Part shown: positions 50,092 to 60,092 of the stretch, piece after piece
Layout: the number at the start of each line of letters is the position of its first letter
Position numbering within the stretch: position 1 is the first letter of the stretch
Position numbers and translations under genes: made by a program
Notes under the pieces: generated by a model
Seen by the model: the letters and a program-made list of their open reading frames with translations, nothing else
Database searches by the model: none
Told to the model about the DNA's origin: nothing
Origin: an uncultured delta proteobacterium
Lineage (GTDB): Bacteria > Myxococcota_A > Polyangia > Polyangiales > Houyiibacteriaceae
NCBI GenBank assembly: GCA_963699755.1
Contig: CAVOVB010000005.1
Location: 32,001-96,000, forward strand
Direction: 5' to 3'
DNA: 64,000 nucleotides

Positions 50092-52368
50092 TCAGGGCGC
50101 GGAGGTGACGGGGACCGTTGCGGTGTTCATGGGGATCGCCGCTGGCGCGGTCGAGGGCATGCCCGCTTCGGAGCTTGCCGGAGCAAGGTCCGCAGTCGTC
50201 GCCGGCAACGGTCCCATGGGATCCATCGGGTCGTTGGAGTCAGGCAAGAGCGTCGGCGCTTCGAGAGGCGCGTCGAAATCGAATGGCTTCACTCGAGGAG
50301 TCAAGTTGCCGAAGCGGTCGACGCTCACCCATGCGCCGTCAGGCATCACGTACGCGCCGGCATCGCGATCGTAGCGCGGAAGGGCGACCTCAATCGGCTC
50401 TTTGACTTGGCCGCGAACTCGACCTGGAAGGACTTCGACATACAAGGGCTCATCGAGGACGAACTCGTAGCCGCCCTTGTCGAACTCCATGAGGTACGTT
50501 TCGTCTTCGAATTCGAATTCGCGTCGATAGTTCATCGGCTCCTGGCCCAAGCGCTGATGCGGGCGGTGCTCGAGGACGAACGACATCAAGCGAACAGCGA
50601 TGTGGTTGTGCATGCGGTGACAGCCGTGCGAGTGACGACGCATGATGCTCATGTAGTCGACCGAGCCGTGCGTTCGAATGCCCTCGTCCCCTCCGAGCTG
50701 GATCGTCCCGTCGGCGCCGCGATAGTACTTGCGGTGGTATGCGGCCACCAAGCCGTACGCGGACGCGTAGCTCGGGCCCGTCGTATGATAGTCGACCTCG
50801 AAATAATCTTCGCCCCGCTTGCGTCGCTTCGTGACCATCGTGCGCGGCGGCGTGCTTTCAGGCGGCACCCAAACCGGCGCGGCGGAGATGACGCTCCATG
50901 CGCGCTTGCCGACCGGCGAACCCTTGTACTTCAACATCACGACCCCATCGATGTAATCGCTGCGCCAACCGCCAACGGTGGTACCAAAACGCGCGAGCGG
51001 GATCTTCTGACCGTTGTAGTTGACCTGAATCGTGAGTCGCGGCCGGCGGTTGACCGGCTGGGAGCGTCCCTTGCCCTCCTCGTCGAAGGGGAATTCGTAC
51101 CAGACGTCACCCCGATCGATTGAAACGCTCAGGTCCATGGCATCGCTGTAGTACGGGGGCCGCTCGATGCCTTGGATCGCGACGATGTTTTCGGCAGGGA
51201 TTTCACCTAGCGACTGCAGCCAAGCATACGTCGACTCGGGCGTCTGGAGCCCGAACGCCTCGATGACGCGCTCGCGAAGCTCTGCTTCGAAGTTTGGAAT
51301 CTGCAGCTCACGGCCGTCCTCGGCCTCGTAGGTTCGCGGCTCACCGTTGCTCAGAAACGAGGTGCTGCCGTCTTCGATCACCTCGGCGGCATGCATCGCT
51401 CGTTCGGTCAACACACGGATCACGGCTTCCCGCTCCGTCTCCTGCGGGGTCTCTCGCAAGACAGCCAGGGTGTCTTTGCCGATGAAGCCCCAACCGTAGA
51501 CGCGATGCCGACGCTCGAACTCGGCGAGCGCCTCGTGGGTGCGCCAATCGAATAGACCGGGGGTGTGCTGGCCGCGACCTTCGAAAAAGCCTTCGCACTC
51601 GAGTCGAGCCTGGGCAGCGATGATCGCCTCAATCTGGGGAGCAAGCGTTCTGTACTCCTCGACCTTCTCCCATTCGTCCTGGTCCGCGGTTTGAGCGCGA
51701 GTGACCTGATCGAGGCTTTCGACCTGGGCACGCTCGACGAGCGCGGCCATCTTCGGCTTCAGCAGCTGGTAGCGAGCAAGGCGACGCGCGGGGCGGCGGC
51801 CCTTCTCATATGCCAAAAACCCCTGGAACTCCTGAAGCGGCACCAGGTCGAGCTGCTCCGCGCATTCGAGCGCGCGGACCTCGGCGAAGCGCTGCCTCAT
51901 CAAGGTCACGGTCGGCAAGATGCCGTAAAGCTCCAAGTACTCGTCCTTCTTGGCGCGATACCCGTGGCGGTCGTCTGGAAACTCGCCGCGCGCCAGGGCT
52001 AAGTAGGTCGCACGGTATTCGCTGGGCTTGGGCTCCTCGTCGGCGGAAGAAGCCTCCGTGAGAATGTAGGGTGTCCAGTCTTCGCCCAGGTTCAGCAGAA
52101 GCTGACCTTCTTCGTCCGCCTTGGCGGCATCGACCTCGCCCTCGGTCTTGCCGTCCTTCCAGAACGCCACAGGAGCCTCGAGCGCCGCAGGCTGAGGGTC
52201 CCCCCTGCGAGCCGAAGGCGACGCGGGTTTGGCATCGCTCCCCATGGGAGCTGTGACAGGATCCTGCTTCGGTGTGCAGCCGCAAAAGACTAGACAGCCG
52301 AGGACAGGCAATAACCCCAGGCGCAAATGTACCACGACTCGAACACCTTGGAGCGGAACGGGGCGCAA
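50092..52368 (-). CDS. L,D-transpeptidase-family lipoprotein with peptidoglycan-binding domain
   Basis: FCGC lipobox-like; GLFDWRTHEALAEFERRH...G..G..T; APVWVPP; IRTHGS...SHGCHRM. Confidence 0.85.
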   Translation of the reverse strand: MRPVPLQGVRVVVHLRLGLLPVLGCLVFCGCTPKQDPVTAPMGSDAKPASPSARRGDPQPAALEAPVAFWKDGKTEGEVDAAKADEEGQLLLNLGEDWTPYILTEASSADEEPKPSEYRATYLALARGEFPDDRHGYRAKKDEYLELYGILPTVTLMRQRFAEVRALECAEQLDLVPLQEFQGFLAYEKGRRPARRLARYQLLKPKMAALVERAQVESLDQVTRAQTADQDEWEKVEEYRTLAPQIEAIIAAQARLECEGFFEGRGQHTPGLFDWRTHEALAEFERRHRVYGWGFIGKDTLAVLRETPQETEREAVIRVLTERAMHAAEVIEDGSTSFLSNGEPRTYEAEDGRELQIPNFEAELRERVIEAFGLQTPESTYAWLQSLGEIPAENIVAIQGIERPPYYSDAMDLSVSIDRGDVWYEFPFDEEGKGRSQPVNRRPRLTIQVNYNGQKIPLARFGTTVGGWRSDYIDGVVMLKYKGSPVGKRAWSVISAAPVWVPPESTPPRTMVTKRRKRGEDYFEVDYHTTGPSYASAYGLVAAYHRKYYRGADGTIQLGGDEGIRTHGSVDYMSIMRRHSHGCHRMHNHIAVRLMSFVLEHRPHQRLGQEPMNYRREFEFEDETYLMEFDKGGYEFVLDEPLYVEVLPGRVRGQVKEPIEVALPRYDRDAGAYVMPDGAWVSVDRFGNLTPRVKPFDFDAPLEAPTLLPDSNDPMDPMGPLPATTADLAPASSEAGMPSTAPAAIPMNTATVPVTSAP

Positions 52369-52475
52369 CGCAAGTTTCGCACTGGCCCGGCGGAGGCTCG
52401 GCCTTGCCGTTTTGTTGAGGACCCCCGCATGGGTGACTCATCCTTACAGTTCCCCACTTCGTACAGAGGCAGGCA

Positions 52476-54764
52476 ATGGGTAACCCGGGCACCGTCCCTT
52501 TTCTTCTGAATCAACTGAGACCGGTCGGAAAAGGCGGCGCGGCGCTGACTCGAGCGGCCGCGTCGATTGCGCTTTCCAGCGGCGAACCGCAGACACTTGT
52601 CGACATTCTGCATGGTCGTGCCTTCCGCTACTACGCCGAAGGGCTGCGTCAGTACCTCGCCATTCGAACCGGGTCCACCGAACGGGCCGATCAGTACCTC
52701 ACCAAGCTTCGCGCCTACGTCGCCAAGACCGAGAGCGATGAGCTCCTCCAGGAGCCCGGTGTTCGTGCCCGACTGTACCGAGCCGCACGCGGATACGTGC
52801 ACGACCAGAGCCGCCCCCAAGACGCTCCTCGCAAAGAAGTCCTCGAAGGACTGCCTTGGCGCGCCCTTCCATCCGCGCATCACTCGGCCAGCCCACTCAA
52901 CGGCCTGCGCTTCGACCTCAGCGCCGAAGATTCGGAGCTTCTGGAGCTCCGCCATGCGCGTGAGCTCAGCATCGAAGAGCTGGCGTTCGTGTATGGCAAG
53001 ACGTCAAAAGAGATAGAAGCGAACCTCGATGCCGCGATGGCACAGGCACAGCTCATTCTCGACGAGCACGGCATCTGCGACGCCGGTCGCTTTGGCCGTA
53101 TCATCATCGAAGCATTCGCTCTCGAAGCGGCGCCCAGAACGCGGGGTGAAGAGAACGAAAGCGTCGAGCCTCTGCCCAACGGAACGATTGTCGGCGGTCG
53201 ATACTCCATCGAGGCGCGGGTAGGACTCGGCGCGTTTGGCGACGTGTATCGAGCCAAAGACACCGAAGTGCCGGGCCACGTCGTCGCACTGAAGCTGTTG
53301 CACCACCCGGCGCACTCGAAGTCGGCCAAGCAATCAGCGCTTCGGGAGCTCCGCCTCATCGCCTCGGTGTTCCACCCATCGATCGTGCAGTTCAAAGACC
53401 ACGGCTGGTTCGAGGAGCGGCTTTGGTTCGTCATGCCCTGGTACGACGGCGAGACCCTCGAGTCGCGCCTGCAACGCGAACCGCTGAGTCGCGCCGAGGC
53501 GCTCTCGATCTTTCGGCCGCTCGCCCGTGCGCTCGGCGCGATGCACGCTGCAGGTGTGCGTCACCAAGACGTGAAGCCGGAAAACATCTTCCTCGCACGG
53601 ATTCCCGGTTTCGGCCAAGAGGAAGTCACGCCCGTGCTTCTCGATCTCGGTGTCGCCGCGACCGAAGCGGAGATGGTAGTGGCTGGAACGCCGACCTACT
53701 TCGCGCCCGAGGTAGCCGCGCAGTTCGCGTCGGTCGAAAGCAAGCCGGCGGTCAGCAACAAAGCGGACGTCTTCGCGCTGGCTCTCTCGCTCCGAAACGC
53801 TCTCGAGCCCGAGACACAAGAGGATGTTGCTGCAGGTGCAGTCGAAACGTTCATCGAATACCGAGCGAAGGAGACCCCCTGTGCGCCGAGCCGCAAAGGG
53901 CTCAAGTACCTCGGACCTTTCTTCAATCGTTGGCTGAGCCCGGATGCGACCGAGCGGCCCACGGCCGAGGAGTTTGCCGAAGAGCTCTCCGCCCTATCGC
54001 TTCCCGAAGAGCGACGCGAGCGGGTCAAGACCATCTTGCGTTGGACGATTCCGATGGCGCTCGCCCTGCTCGGGGCGTCGGGCGCGGCCGTGACCGTTTT
54101 CTATCAGAAAGCGGAAACCCAGCGCGAAGTTGCGCAGCAGGCAAAGCTGACCGCCTCCGACCTTCGCCGGGATCTCGCAGACACGCGTGAGATCGCCGAA
54201 CAGCTGGAGCTCCGCTACGAGCAAAGCAGGCTGACGCGAACGGAGCTGGCCAAGCGCCTCGCGCGCACGGACGGCAAGGTCGCTGCCCTGAAGACGCAGC
54301 TCAAAGACCAGGAGCGACGTCTCGCGCGGACCCGCGAACAGCTCGCCCAGAACCGGCAAGAGAAGGCCACTATCGAGCAGCACCTCGCGGAAACCGAACG
54401 AGACCTCTCGGCGACCGAACGAACGCTTGCAGCATCGAACCAGAAGCTCGCCTCGATCAAGCAGGCGCTGGTCGCGGAGGAAGAAAGGGGTGAGCGTCTC
54501 GAGCGCAAGCTCGATCGCGAAGCTGAGCGGAGGTTGGAGCTGCAAGGTGAAATCGCTGCGCTCGACGCACGGCTGAGCGCCGAGGCGTCGAAGACCGAAG
54601 AGCTTCAAGACGCGGTCGCACGCGCCGTGTCCGCGCGTAGCCGCGCCGAGCTCGAGCTCGAGTTTGCCCAAGAAGAGCTCGAGGCCCTCCGCAATCGCTC
54701 GGTGCCGCACGCGCCCGAGTCAGAATCAGCCCCTTCGGGCGACGAGTCGACTCCAGGCAGCTGA
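52476..54764 (+). CDS. Ser/Thr protein kinase with N-terminal sigma-factor-like region, TM and coiled coil (start uncertain)
   Basis: GLGAFGDVY, VALK, HQDVKPEN, DLG, GTPTYFAPE, ADVFAL; N-terminal LSAEDSELLELRH..ELSIEELA. Confidence 0.9.
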   Translation: MGNPGTVPFLLNQLRPVGKGGAALTRAAASIALSSGEPQTLVDILHGRAFRYYAEGLRQYLAIRTGSTERADQYLTKLRAYVAKTESDELLQEPGVRARLYRAARGYVHDQSRPQDAPRKEVLEGLPWRALPSAHHSASPLNGLRFDLSAEDSELLELRHARELSIEELAFVYGKTSKEIEANLDAAMAQAQLILDEHGICDAGRFGRIIIEAFALEAAPRTRGEENESVEPLPNGTIVGGRYSIEARVGLGAFGDVYRAKDTEVPGHVVALKLLHHPAHSKSAKQSALRELRLIASVFHPSIVQFKDHGWFEERLWFVMPWYDGETLESRLQREPLSRAEALSIFRPLARALGAMHAAGVRHQDVKPENIFLARIPGFGQEEVTPVLLDLGVAATEAEMVVAGTPTYFAPEVAAQFASVESKPAVSNKADVFALALSLRNALEPETQEDVAAGAVETFIEYRAKETPCAPSRKGLKYLGPFFNRWLSPDATERPTAEEFAEELSALSLPEERRERVKTILRWTIPMALALLGASGAAVTVFYQKAETQREVAQQAKLTASDLRRDLADTREIAEQLELRYEQSRLTRTELAKRLARTDGKVAALKTQLKDQERRLARTREQLAQNRQEKATIEQHLAETERDLSATERTLAASNQKLASIKQALVAEEERGERLERKLDREAERRLELQGEIAALDARLSAEASKTEELQDAVARAVSARSRAELELEFAQEELEALRNRSVPHAPESESAPSGDESTPGS

Positions 54765-54770
54765 GCGCTG

Positions 54771-55304
54771 GTGGCTCATCCTCTCCAAACGATCGAGCCG
54801 CGTCTTCTTGGCTCTGTGACGATCCGGCTGGGCTTCCTGCTCGCGCTCGCAACGGGGCTGATGATGCTCGTGGACGTCCCGCTCCAGGGGGAGGCCTCGC
54901 CCCAAGGCATCGTTTCGTTCGAGCTTGCTGGCGCGCCACGGCAAGCGCTTCGTATCTTGCTCGACTGGAAGAGCCGGAACGCGCTGGGGTACGCAACACT
55001 CAGCCTAGTCGTCGACTTCGTGTACTTGGTGATCTACGGCTTGTTCTTCGCGTCGCTCGCGCTCTGGGTGGGCAGCCGCCTCGATGAACTGATATGGAGT
55101 GTGCGCGCCGCATGGGCAGCGTTTTTCGCAGCCGCATTCGACGCCCTCGAAAACGGCGTCCTCTTGTACCAGGTGAATCGCTTCACCTCCCCTACCCCGT
55201 TTCCGCAAGTCGCCGCTGCCTTGGCCGCAGTCAAGTTCGCGCTTCTGATCGTGTCCGCCTCGTACGCGGCGATTGGCGGAGTCGCTCTGCTACGGCGGCG
55301 CTAG
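54771..55304 (+). CDS. hypothetical membrane protein
   Basis: GIVSFELAG, VDFVYLVIYG, FDALEN, VKFALL; four TM. Confidence 0.75.
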   Translation: MAHPLQTIEPRLLGSVTIRLGFLLALATGLMMLVDVPLQGEASPQGIVSFELAGAPRQALRILLDWKSRNALGYATLSLVVDFVYLVIYGLFFASLALWVGSRLDELIWSVRAAWAAFFAAAFDALENGVLLYQVNRFTSPTPFPQVAAALAAVKFALLIVSASYAAIGGVALLRRR

Positions 55305-55477
55305 CGGCGGCCCTTGTAGCCCATCATGTCTTGGACCACGGTCTCGCTCAGCTCGGCGATCTCCGCGTCTTCGGCGATTCGCTCGGCGCAATCTTCACAG
55401 ACTTTGATGCGGCGTCCGTCTGCCTTGACGGAAACCAGCTCATCGACCTCGTCTTTGCACGATCGGCATGTTGGCAT
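55301..55477 (-). CDS. 58-aa CxxC...CxxC zinc-ribbon-like protein
   Basis: MPTCRSCKDEVDELVSVKADGRRIKVCEDCAERIAE...MMGYKGRR*; starts 6 bp after upstream stop; below ORF-track cutoff. Confidence 0.75.
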   Translation of the reverse strand: MPTCRSCKDEVDELVSVKADGRRIKVCEDCAERIAEDAEIAELSETVVQDMMGYKGRR

Positions 55478-55483
55478 GGCGCG

Positions 55484-56170
55484 CTACCTGGCCCGCGGAA
55501 GGAAGCGACTCATCCCGGGCAGCAAAACGTTCTGACGAACGGACCGAACGGCACCACCCAAGCCCGTTGGGAGCGCGCGGAAGGCGATGTCGAGGTGCTT
55601 CTTGTCGGTTTCGAGACCGTGCAGCGTCACGAAGGAAGTCAGCAAGGAGACGGCTCGCCGCACGAGCGGGTTTTTGCCAATCTTCGGATCGCGCATCAGA
55701 TCGAGAACGATCCGGTTGCCTTTGGCCTCGGACAATACCGGAGAACGGCCCGGCATGAAGTTCACCAGCGTGCCCGGATTCGAAAGGTCCAACGCGCCAG
55801 ATTTGATCAAGGCCGCAATCGGCGACTCGGACTCACCATTGAGCTTGAGCTCCACCTCTTCGAGGCGGAGCGCAACGGTGAGCTCCTCGTCGTTGAACAC
55901 CACGCGCTCCACGAAGATGATTGCACCGGCGCGAATAGGCGTGTTCATCAGGTCGAGATTGCCAGAGACTCGAAGGCCCGGCGGGACCGAGTCGATCTGA
56001 AAGTCCTCGACCTTCCCGCTGCGCTCCGCCTGTTGACCGAGCCAGCGAAGGGCCGCAAGGGGGACTCCAAAACGGAGGCCCAGTGCGCTGCGAACGGCGC
56101 GTCCGAGCTCCTCGGGGTGCGTGCGCAGATACGAACGAAGGGCGTCGACTGTTTCTTGGGGTGTAACCAT
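55484..56170 (-). CDS. hypothetical protein
   Basis: Normal composition; co-directional with neighbours. Confidence 0.75.
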   Translation of the reverse strand: MVTPQETVDALRSYLRTHPEELGRAVRSALGLRFGVPLAALRWLGQQAERSGKVEDFQIDSVPPGLRVSGNLDLMNTPIRAGAIIFVERVVFNDEELTVALRLEEVELKLNGESESPIAALIKSGALDLSNPGTLVNFMPGRSPVLSEAKGNRIVLDLMRDPKIGKNPLVRRAVSLLTSFVTLHGLETDKKHLDIAFRALPTGLGGAVRSVRQNVLLPGMSRFLPRAR

Positions 56171-56230
56171 GCTCGAGGGAGTCTAGTGTTCGGACCGCCC
56201 GGCGTAAACGGTCAATTCGCCGGCTCCGGG

Positions 56231-56974
56231 CTACTGGTCGAGCATGATGGTCGTTGGGTCGCAAAAACCGCGGCCGTCTCCCAAATCGGTGCACAAGGGC
56301 TTGATGTTGTTCACTTGCGGGCAGTCATTGAGCTCGGTCGGGTCGCAGAGCCGCTGGCAGGTCGGACCGTTCCTGCCCTCTCCTTTGCAGGTCGCTCCGG
56401 GGATACACACACACACGCCACCAAGGACGCAATCGAGGCTGACGTCGCAGAGGAATTGGAAATCCCGAGGGACGTAGTCCGGATTCTCGAGCTGTCCGGG
56501 AAGGCAAAGCCAGAGCTCCTCGCCGGCGCCGCCCGCACCTCCCTCACCGCCTTCGCCTCCTGCACCGCCAGCGCCTACCATGCCGCTGGCACCTGCCATG
56601 CCGCCCGCGCCACCCGCGCCTGCCGCGCCGCCCGCGCCTGCCGAGCCACCCGCGCCAGCCATGCCGCCCGCGCCTCCGCCGCCGCCAACGCCACCAGTTC
56701 CGCTTTCACCACCCATGCCGCCGCTCCCACCCATGCCGCCAACACCGTTGGGCAGCTCTTCGGACCGGAGGCAAGATGCACCGCTCGCGCAGAGAACCGT
56801 CTCGCGACTGCATGTCTTCATGCAGTACTTTCCGTAGACCGTTTCGGCGCAGATCGAGCCATCGCGACACGCGGACGACTCGAAGCACGCGTTGCCATCG
56901 TTGATCGGCTTCGCGCAGGCGAGCGCGAGCGTCGTCGACAAAGCAAAGGGCATGAGGAACGCTCGGGAGGTCAT
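56231..56974 (-). CDS. Cys-rich lipoprotein with Gly-rich linker
   Basis: ALAC lipobox; two Cys-rich modules around a GGxG linker. Confidence 0.8.
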   Translation of the reverse strand: MTSRAFLMPFALSTTLALACAKPINDGNACFESSACRDGSICAETVYGKYCMKTCSRETVLCASGASCLRSEELPNGVGGMGGSGGMGGESGTGGVGGGGGAGGMAGAGGSAGAGGAAGAGGAGGMAGASGMVGAGGAGGEGGEGGAGGAGEELWLCLPGQLENPDYVPRDFQFLCDVSLDCVLGGVCVCIPGATCKGEGRNGPTCQRLCDPTELNDCPQVNNIKPLCTDLGDGRGFCDPTTIMLDQ

Positions 56975-57034
56975 CGAGTCCGTATGTAGCAAGAGAGGGG
57001 CGAGCGGGCGATTTTTGTACAGTAGAGGGGGTTC

Positions 57035-60016
57035 TTAAGCGCCGCCGCCGGCCTCATCCCGGGACACGGCACGGTATTGCTGAGCCTCTTCGTCGTAGAC
57101 GAATAGCTCGGCGCCCTCTCCGAGGGAGTCCCTTTCGAGGGCCGATTTGTCGGGCCGAAATCCGTCCGTCATCGGAATACGCTCGATCCGCTTGACCCAG
57201 TGAGGGCGTTCGCTTGGATCCAAGCCTGCGGCAAAGGCGTTCCAGGCCGGCAGATCCAGGCACTGGTTGTCATCGGTCACGATGACCGCGACAGCCTGAT
57301 CGATCCCGTCGTGATCCATTCCGTAGACCACTGTGTGACGCAGTGCTTTGAAGCCGTAGAGGGAATCCTCGATCGAGCGGGTTGCGACGGTGCCCGACCC
57401 GGTTCGCAGCATGCGGCTGGCGCGGTCGACAAACCAGAAGTCACCGTCCTGGTCGCGACGCAAGACATCCCAGGTGATGAACCAGGTATCGTCCGCCTCG
57501 AAAACTCCTTCGAGCAAGCGCTGACCAGCCTCGTCGCCCGCCGTGAAGCTGGCGAGGGGGTGGTCCGCGTCCAGCCGCGCGAGGAGGATACCCGGGTCAC
57601 CCACTTTGGAGCGAAGCAGTAGGCCGTGTTCGTCGCGACGGAACTCATCGGCATCGAAGTCGTAGCTCACCAGCTCGACGTCGGCGCTGCCGGGCATCGG
57701 ACGACCGAGCGCGCCCACCTTCTCGCCCGACGCGTTTGCGAGGACCGCGTTGCCTTCGGTGGCTGCATAGAATTCGAGAACGCCCACCGGACCGAATCGA
57801 TCGACGATGCGCAGCCAGACGTCACGCCGCAGGCCGCTACCGGCAAAGAGCCGGACTGGATTGTCGCGGTCTGAAGCCGAGGGTTCAGCTCGCAATAGCT
57901 CGCGCAACATCTCGCCAGCGTAGAAGACGACCGTTGCGCCGTATCGACGCACGTCGTCCCAAAACACGTCGGGGTCGAACACGGTTGCGAGCGCGAGGCG
58001 GGAACCACCCACCAGGCTTCCGCCCACCGTCACCAACATGCCTGCCGGATGGTGTAAGGGCAGACAGCAATACACGGTGTCGCGTGGAGACAGGGTGCAA
58101 GCGGCCGCGGCGCCGTAGGCCGAGAATGCCCAACGCTGATTGGTGATCTTCGCCGCGCGTGGCTTCTTGCCGCGCCCGGCCGTAAGGATGATCATGCCCA
58201 GGTCGCGTGCACGGCCTGGATTGGGCTCGTACCAACCGGGAAGCTCCACCGCGTCGGGGTCGATGCGCTCCATGTCGGTCACGCCCGAAGGGAGCGAGCG
58301 TTCTTCGCCAACGCCGCCGAGGACGAGAACCTCATCGAAAAGCTCTTTGCCCAAGGCCGCGTTCTCCGGGTCCGTGACGAGGAAACGCGGTGCAGAGCCA
58401 TGGATCGCCTCTTCGAGGATGGCCCGCGAACGGCTCGGGCTCAGCAGAATCGCCACTGCGCCTAGGCGGCTCAACGCCGCGGTCATCGAAAGGTAGCTAG
58501 GACGCGGCCCCATCAAGACCGCAACCAACTCGCCACGGCGAACACCGCAACGAATCAAGCCTCGAACGACGTTGTCGACGCGACGGTCGGCTTGCGCGTA
58601 CGAAAGCGCGCGGCCCTCCCAGAGGAAGAAGGTGCCCTCGGGATTGGAGTGCGCTTGCTCCGAAAGCGCGAGGCCCAAGCTCACCCTGGTGTCTGGCTGC
58701 ATGTGTTGAAGGACGCTGAGGCGCGGGACTTGCCAACGTAGGCTGTCGAGTTGCTCGCCGAGGTCGGCGGCTGAGCGCCCAAGGCGTTGCCACCAAGCGC
58801 CGACCGTACCGAGGATGGTTCGATAGAAGAGCTCGATGTCGAAGTCGACCTCGTCGAAGCTCGCTTCTTCCGGCTCTTCGAGTGGTGCGGGCGCTTGCAG
58901 GACGGCTGGTTCGGGGCCGAGGCCCTCGCGCCAGCGCACCCAGCTCGAAACGGTCGGCCAGGTGAACGACATGGCCTGCCTTCCGACGACGAGGCCGAAA
59001 TGCCCTGCTCGCATCGACACTTCGAAGAGCTCGGCGTTGGGGGCCGCGCCGCGAATGGCTCGGATCGCAGACGCGTTTGCAATCGAATCGCGCTCGCCTA
59101 CGAAGAACAGAACGGGGCAGCGGATGTCCGCGAGGGTGACCGTGCGGCCGTCGACGACGAAACCACCCGAGAGCATCCGGTTGTGAACGACGAACTCGTC
59201 GATGAATTTCTTGAGCGCGGGACCGGGCCAAGCGACGAAGCCTTCACCACCGAGGAACCGTCTTCGAGCCTCGCGTTTCTCGAGAGCCTGCCGATCGTGC
59301 AGCTTCCGAACGAAGTCGATGAGCTGTCCAACTTCCTTGTGAACCGCGAGCAACTTGAAGCCGGTGCTCGTCAGAACGCCGGGCAGGCCTTCGAGCTTGT
59401 CCAAGGGCGCATCGAGGGCGCCTTGTGCGAGCTCGAACACGCGGCCTGCAATGCTGTCCCTGATCAGCGGAATGTTCCGATGAATGTCGACCGGGCTTCC
59501 GAAGGTCACGAGGGACGCGATTCCCTTGGACTCTCGATAGGCGGCCGTTTGATACGCAAACATCCCGCCCTGCGAGTACCCGACGAGGTGCACGTCGTGA
59601 CCGGTTGCCTCGTGCACCCAGTCGATCGAATCGCTGACCGCTTTGATGTGGTCGTCGAGAGTGCGTTTCATGCCCCCTGCTTCTTGCTCTGGGGATCCGA
59701 AGTCGATGACCCAAACGTCGAGCCCTCGCCCTGTCAGCGCATGGACCCCGCTGATGTCCGGCGCGACGTCGTAGATCTCGGCGGTGACCATGAGCGGTGG
59801 GATCAGCAGCAGCGGCGCGGCGACGGCTGGCCGATAGTCGTCGCCCCCGTATCGGCGCAGGCGAGCGATGGCCGTCTGATGGACCACCCTGTACGGTGCG
59901 TGCTCCGGATCGGTGAAATGCCCGAGCTTCGCGAGCTCCAGCGCGTTCTCGGTAGCCATTGCGATGCGGCGAAAAGGCCCTCGCCAGCCTGGTTTTCGGC
60001 CTGTCCCTGCCATCAT
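57035..60016 (-). CDS. alpha/beta-hydrolase (PHA-synthase-like fold) fused to FATP-type long-chain acyl-CoA synthetase
   Basis: GYSQGG, GERD, AGHFG; then YCCLPLHH, YAGEMLR, EFYAATEGN, DGDFWFVDR. Confidence 0.88.
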   Translation of the reverse strand: MMAGTGRKPGWRGPFRRIAMATENALELAKLGHFTDPEHAPYRVVHQTAIARLRRYGGDDYRPAVAAPLLLIPPLMVTAEIYDVAPDISGVHALTGRGLDVWVIDFGSPEQEAGGMKRTLDDHIKAVSDSIDWVHEATGHDVHLVGYSQGGMFAYQTAAYRESKGIASLVTFGSPVDIHRNIPLIRDSIAGRVFELAQGALDAPLDKLEGLPGVLTSTGFKLLAVHKEVGQLIDFVRKLHDRQALEKREARRRFLGGEGFVAWPGPALKKFIDEFVVHNRMLSGGFVVDGRTVTLADIRCPVLFFVGERDSIANASAIRAIRGAAPNAELFEVSMRAGHFGLVVGRQAMSFTWPTVSSWVRWREGLGPEPAVLQAPAPLEEPEEASFDEVDFDIELFYRTILGTVGAWWQRLGRSAADLGEQLDSLRWQVPRLSVLQHMQPDTRVSLGLALSEQAHSNPEGTFFLWEGRALSYAQADRRVDNVVRGLIRCGVRRGELVAVLMGPRPSYLSMTAALSRLGAVAILLSPSRSRAILEEAIHGSAPRFLVTDPENAALGKELFDEVLVLGGVGEERSLPSGVTDMERIDPDAVELPGWYEPNPGRARDLGMIILTAGRGKKPRAAKITNQRWAFSAYGAAAACTLSPRDTVYCCLPLHHPAGMLVTVGGSLVGGSRLALATVFDPDVFWDDVRRYGATVVFYAGEMLRELLRAEPSASDRDNPVRLFAGSGLRRDVWLRIVDRFGPVGVLEFYAATEGNAVLANASGEKVGALGRPMPGSADVELVSYDFDADEFRRDEHGLLLRSKVGDPGILLARLDADHPLASFTAGDEAGQRLLEGVFEADDTWFITWDVLRRDQDGDFWFVDRASRMLRTGSGTVATRSIEDSLYGFKALRHTVVYGMDHDGIDQAVAVIVTDDNQCLDLPAWNAFAAGLDPSERPHWVKRIERIPMTDGFRPDKSALERDSLGEGAELFVYDEEAQQYRAVSRDEAGGGA

Positions 60017-60092
60017 CCGAACCGTGACCCTAGCACCATGAGAGGGGGAATTGGAGCCGGTAGCCCAAGCGTGTCACAACCGCCCTCGCTCA

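Noticed and set aside
55094..56989. 631-aa plus-strand ORF and other long antisense ORFs (2366-3406, 26568-27758, 33017-34300, 49897-51123, 58787-60199)
   Set aside because: Shadow frames of real genes, expected in high-GC DNA; no recognisable motifs
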